Positions 60,532 to 64,000 of a DNA stretch of 64,000 bases are shown piece after piece (positions within the stretch are counted from its first letter, which is position 1; every line of letters begins with the position of its first letter). The translations under genes were made by a program, and so were the position numbers. The notes under the pieces were generated by a model. That model saw only the letters and a list, made by a program, of their open reading frames with translations. It was not told where the DNA came from and made no database searches. Origin of the DNA: Bacteroidota bacterium (GTDB lineage Bacteria; Bacteroidota; Bacteroidia; NS11-12g; UBA955); contig JAZKEQ010000006.1 of the NCBI GenBank assembly GCA_040386935.1, forward strand, positions 42,482 through 106,481. The letters are read 5' to 3'.

Positions 60532-61131
60532 TTATTCGTAAAAATCTCCACCGGCACCTGATATTAAATCAAGGGCGAATTTGTCTTGGGTTTTTGTGTA
60601 AGTAAGTCTTACGGATGATTCAATGCCGCCTTCCTTTTTACTAACACCAAAACTAAAATACAGGGTGTTGTTGATTGACATGACTTCAACATCTTTATAG
60701 GTTTGGGCGGAAAGAAGGGCAATGAAATCCTTGTTAAATAACTTGTCATAGTTGACTGAAAAGTCTTTTGCCGTGGCTTCTTCAGGTGTCTTATCGAGTC
60801 CTGTCATAGTTGTCCATTCGCCATACAGAGGAAATTGGATAGTGGCCATCACTTTCTTTTTATTTCTTTTAAGTATGGGAACAGCAGTGGAATTCCAGAA
60901 GTTGATGATGATAACGGAATCCACCCGGTCCGTCATATATTGAATATTGTCGCTTGGGTTTGTAGCTGTTTGACTGCTATCAATAATGGTATTAGTGGAT
61001 GTGTCGGTGAGCGTGGCGTTACTTGTGTCAGATTGACTTTGATTGTTGTCACCGCTTTGTTGTCCGCAAGCAGATAGTAAGGCGATGAACAGTAATAAAC
61101 CCGGGAAAGCTTTGTAGTTATTTCTTTTCAT
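60532..61131 (-). CDS. Hypothetical lipoprotein
   Basis: LSAC lipobox, S/T-rich linker. Confidence 0.65.
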   Translation of the reverse strand: MKRNNYKAFPGLLLFIALLSACGQQSGDNNQSQSDTSNATLTDTSTNTIIDSSQTATNPSDNIQYMTDRVDSVIIINFWNSTAVPILKRNKKKVMATIQFPLYGEWTTMTGLDKTPEEATAKDFSVNYDKLFNKDFIALLSAQTYKDVEVMSINNTLYFSFGVSKKEGGIESSVRLTYTKTQDKFALDLISGAGGDFYE

Positions 61132-61245
61132 GAATTGTTGAAGAAGAGGAGCCGTTATTTAGCCTTTGCAATATAACAATATTTAGCATTTTTATATTTA
61201 CAATACTCACAATAAGAAGTCAACTGAATGATACAGTTTGCCGCA

Positions 61246-61845
61246 TTACAATTTATAATGCAGCAGCACCATTCCGCAGTCAAAAGCTTTTGATTTTACC
61301 AAAGTCAACGATTGTTTATCTTCAAGCGTATTGAAAATACTAAGTCCATGACCTATGGCAACGGGATTTATAAGTAAATGAAATTCATCAATCAACTTTG
61401 CTTTAATGAGGGATGAAACAAAGGTAGCGCCACCATATAGGAGCATGTCTTTGCCTTTCTGTTGCTTCAATTTAGTGATTGCCTCTACATAGTCTCCTTC
61501 AGCAATATCTGTCTTATCCCATCCACCGGGAATTGGGATGGATTGATTCAGGGTTTTAGTAAAAACAATTTTGCGTGTAACTGTAATGTGTTGTGCAAAT
61601 TCAAATTGAGGGCCTTTAGTATCTTCGGCTGTATTGGCCCAATGAGCTATAAAACCTTCCTCAGCCATTTGTCGGCTCAGCAGTATGCAATCAACAGATG
61701 TTGTTAAGTCAGTATGATATTTCTGCAGTTCAATGTCCCATTTCCAATCTGGACCCCAGTTCCAAATCATCCAATCTGTATTGCCATTTGCTTCGGCAAT
61801 AAAACCGTCAATCGATAGTTGCACTTCTAAAATTAATTTTCTCAT
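61246..61845 (-). CDS. Dihydrofolate reductase / RibD C-terminal family protein
   Basis: SIDGFIA, GGATF..LIDEFHL..NP..G.G. Confidence 0.88.
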   Translation of the reverse strand: MRKLILEVQLSIDGFIAEANGNTDWMIWNWGPDWKWDIELQKYHTDLTTSVDCILLSRQMAEEGFIAHWANTAEDTKGPQFEFAQHITVTRKIVFTKTLNQSIPIPGGWDKTDIAEGDYVEAITKLKQQKGKDMLLYGGATFVSSLIKAKLIDEFHLLINPVAIGHGLSIFNTLEDKQSLTLVKSKAFDCGMVLLHYKL

Positions 61846-61947
61846 GGTTATTTATTGGTACAAAAATCGACACCATTTATTTTAAACCCGATGTGATATA
61901 ACGACATTTTGAAGGGTGGTTTATGACAATTTAAAAATAACAGTATT

Positions 61948-62346
61948 TTAAAATTTCAATAGCCAATGGATACCAAACTTGTCAATAATGCCGCCTATTT
62001 TACCGCCATAGAAATCATGAAGCGGGTATTTGATTGTTCCTTCATGCGACAGTTTTATAAAGTAGTTTTCTATTTCAAAGTCAGTTTTACAAACAAGTGC
62101 AAGTGTCACATTGTTGCCAACAGTTAGACCATCTTGTTCAATCATGTCTGATCCTAAAATTGTAATCGCATCACTCACCAATTGTGCATGTAAAATATTG
62201 TTGTGAGTTTGCTTGGGCCAGCTGCTCTCCATTGGCGAACCTTTTACAGTTTCTAATGTCAGCAAACCACCAAAACACCTTTTATAATATAACATTGCCT
62301 CACGACAGTTGCCGTTGAATGTTAAATAAACATTGATTGTTGCCAT
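61948..62346 (-). CDS. VOC family protein (PhnB-like)
   Basis: YLTFNGNCREA, ILHA.L, DKFGI.W. Confidence 0.88.
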   Translation of the reverse strand: MATINVYLTFNGNCREAMLYYKRCFGGLLTLETVKGSPMESSWPKQTHNNILHAQLVSDAITILGSDMIEQDGLTVGNNVTLALVCKTDFEIENYFIKLSHEGTIKYPLHDFYGGKIGGIIDKFGIHWLLKF

Positions 62347-62367
62347 ATAAATTACTGCTTGTTTGTG

Positions 62368-62955
62368 TTAAATGTTGTTTGTTGCTATAACAGGCTTTGG
62401 AATTACTTTGCAGATGACTAAGCCGGCAAGAAAAAAGCCGATAAACATATCCAGAATTTGGGCAACGAAAAAACTTGTTGGAAACTCATACCAATTCCAA
62501 TAAATCGAACTTACAGCCGTACAGGTCAATAAACCCAGCAGCGATATGATAATGACCCGTTTCCAATACCCGGCATAGATAGATGAAACTGTAATGACAA
62601 CAATTAAAACCGACAATAAATTGCTTAAAAATTGATTGATTAATTTGCTTACCGCAAAAGGGTTGCCACCAATAGGTCTATAAATTAGCATACCGACAGG
62701 GCCATTTCTAAACTTGTTTTCAAACACGGCATCTTGTGCTTTGGTACTGTTTTTAAAATCTTTGCCCGGGAAAAAGTACAGGCCTTGTTCATTGATGTTT
62801 GTTTTAAGCACTTCCATTACTTTGTCTTCATTTGGCAAAGGTTTAAATCCTGTGCCTATAAATAGCACTAAATGCGAGAACCCTCCCCAAATAAATAGCG
62901 TTAAACCACCTAATAAAGTGGCGATTATCACTTTTTTGAATTTCATTTGTATCAT
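62368..62955 (-). CDS. Hypothetical membrane protein
   Basis: GG..LF.WG...H, G.YFFPG, YWNWY.FP. Confidence 0.7.
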   Translation of the reverse strand: MIQMKFKKVIIATLLGGLTLFIWGGFSHLVLFIGTGFKPLPNEDKVMEVLKTNINEQGLYFFPGKDFKNSTKAQDAVFENKFRNGPVGMLIYRPIGGNPFAVSKLINQFLSNLLSVLIVVITVSSIYAGYWKRVIIISLLGLLTCTAVSSIYWNWYEFPTSFFVAQILDMFIGFFLAGLVICKVIPKPVIATNNI

Positions 62956-63067
62956 TTTTATTGTTTGTTAATGGTGCAAAATTGAATGCAATTTTTCTAA
63001 GCGAAGCATAGCAATTACGACATTCTTACGCGTTGATTGCGACACGGTGCTTGTCTATCTTTGTGCC

Positions 63068-64000
63068 ATGAAACATATCTCTATTTTAGTATTAGAGGGC
63101 TCGACTCTTACAAGTTTAGACGGCACTCATCAGTTGTTTACAAGGGTAAATGATTTTTTGAAATACAGAGGTCAACAGGATTTCTATCAGGTGGATTTGG
63201 TGGCAATAAAGGAGCAAAACACGCTCAATAGCGGGTTGTATAGAATTAGTGCAACTAAAACAATTGATGAGAAATTTAAAACAGATTTGATCATCATTCC
63301 TATTATCTGTGGCGACTTTGCCTTGTTGAATAAGGCAAACAGTGTATATGCGGATTGGCTAAAGGAGCAGTATCACAATGGTTCAGAAATAGCAAGTTTA
63401 TGTGTGGGCTCATTTTTTCTAGCTTCTACAGGAATTTTGGATGGGAAAAGCTGTGCCACGCATTGGGCTTCACAAAATGATTTTCAAAATATGTTTCCTA
63501 AAGTAAAAGTGCTTGAGGATACGATTATCACAGATGAAAGCGGAATTTATACCAGCGGTGGCACGTACTCCTATTTGAATTTACTCTTATATATTGTTGA
63601 GAAACATTTGGGAAGGGAGATTTCAGTATTGGCATCTAAAATGTTTGAAATTGATATTGAAAGAAAATCCCAAAGTCAATTCGCTATTTTTTTGGGTCAA
63701 AAAAAACACAACGACAAAGAGGTTTTACAAGCACAATCCTACATTGAAAGTCATGCAGATAGAAAAATTACTGTAGATGAACTAAGCGATAAATATGCAG
63801 TACAACGCAGAACATTTGAAAGAAGGTTTAAAAAATCAACCGGTAATTCAGTGTTAGACTACATTCAAAGGGTAAAGGTTGAAGCGGTAAAGCAGCAATT
63901 GGAAATGGGGCGTAAAACAATCAATGAAATAGTTTTTGAAGTCGGTTACAATGATGTCAATGCATTCAGGAATGTATTTAGAAAATATGTCGGCATGTCT
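63068..64000 (+). CDS. GlxA-type AraC regulator (DJ-1/PfpI plus HTH), runs off the window end
   Basis: Read directly, absent from ORF track: MKHISIL..ASLCVGSFFLA.TG.LDGK.CATHW..RRTFERRFKK..VGYND..AFR. Confidence 0.9.
   Translation, partial: MKHISILVLEGSTLTSLDGTHQLFTRVNDFLKYRGQQDFYQVDLVAIKEQNTLNSGLYRISATKTIDEKFKTDLIIIPIICGDFALLNKANSVYADWLKEQYHNGSEIASLCVGSFFLASTGILDGKSCATHWASQNDFQNMFPKVKVLEDTIITDESGIYTSGGTYSYLNLLLYIVEKHLGREISVLASKMFEIDIERKSQSQFAIFLGQKKHNDKEVLQAQSYIESHADRKITVDELSDKYAVQRRTFERRFKKSTGNSVLDYIQRVKVEAVKQQLEMGRKTINEIVFEVGYNDVNAFRNVFRKYVGMS

Noticed and set aside
33129-62955. Classical integron, prophage or ICE
   Set aside because: No tyrosine or serine recombinase, transposase, phage structural or conjugation gene seen; repeats lack RYYYAAC/GTTRRRY ends
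1-64000. tRNA, rRNA or riboswitch
   Set aside because: None recognised by eye; a covariance-model scan would be needed to exclude small RNAs

Overview
Bacteroidota-type chromosomal segment (T9SS C-terminal sorting domains, TAnnTTTG promoters). 1-33.1 kb is mostly housekeeping and envelope genes: asparaginase II, pyrB, pyrR, EVE, cysS, cyclophilin, a 1076-aa FPxxW-repeat protein, apaG, acyl-CoA dehydrogenase, lplA, ddl, fumC, M61 peptidase, a HhH/ComEA-like protein and pdxJ, plus a small ArsR/VOC/SRPBCC cluster. Right after pdxJ is a ~30 kb accessory region with every gene but one on the minus strand. From 33.4 to 55.5 kb the genes are punctuated by about 16 full or partial copies of a ~110-150 bp REPIN-like element: hairpin A, a spacer carrying an invariant TAnnTTTG promoter box that points into the next gene, and hairpin B. 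I saw no copy elsewhere in the window and no integrase or transposase. The copies enclose whole genes, multi-gene blocks and, at 55.2-55.5 kb, ~70-bp scraps of YhcG/DUF1016-like and KilA-N-like genes, each centred on its own DNA palindrome. The region also has a diverged duplicate of the pdxJ 3' end, a SIR2-NACHT defence-like gene, a second repeated promoter module, and a 10 x 21-bp tandem array before the only plus-strand gene (a Cro/C1 HTH). Best candidate new system: a hairpin-delimited, promoter-supplying gene-capture array anchored at pdxJ. The mechanism is inferred, and all family assignments are from motif recognition by eye, not database searches.
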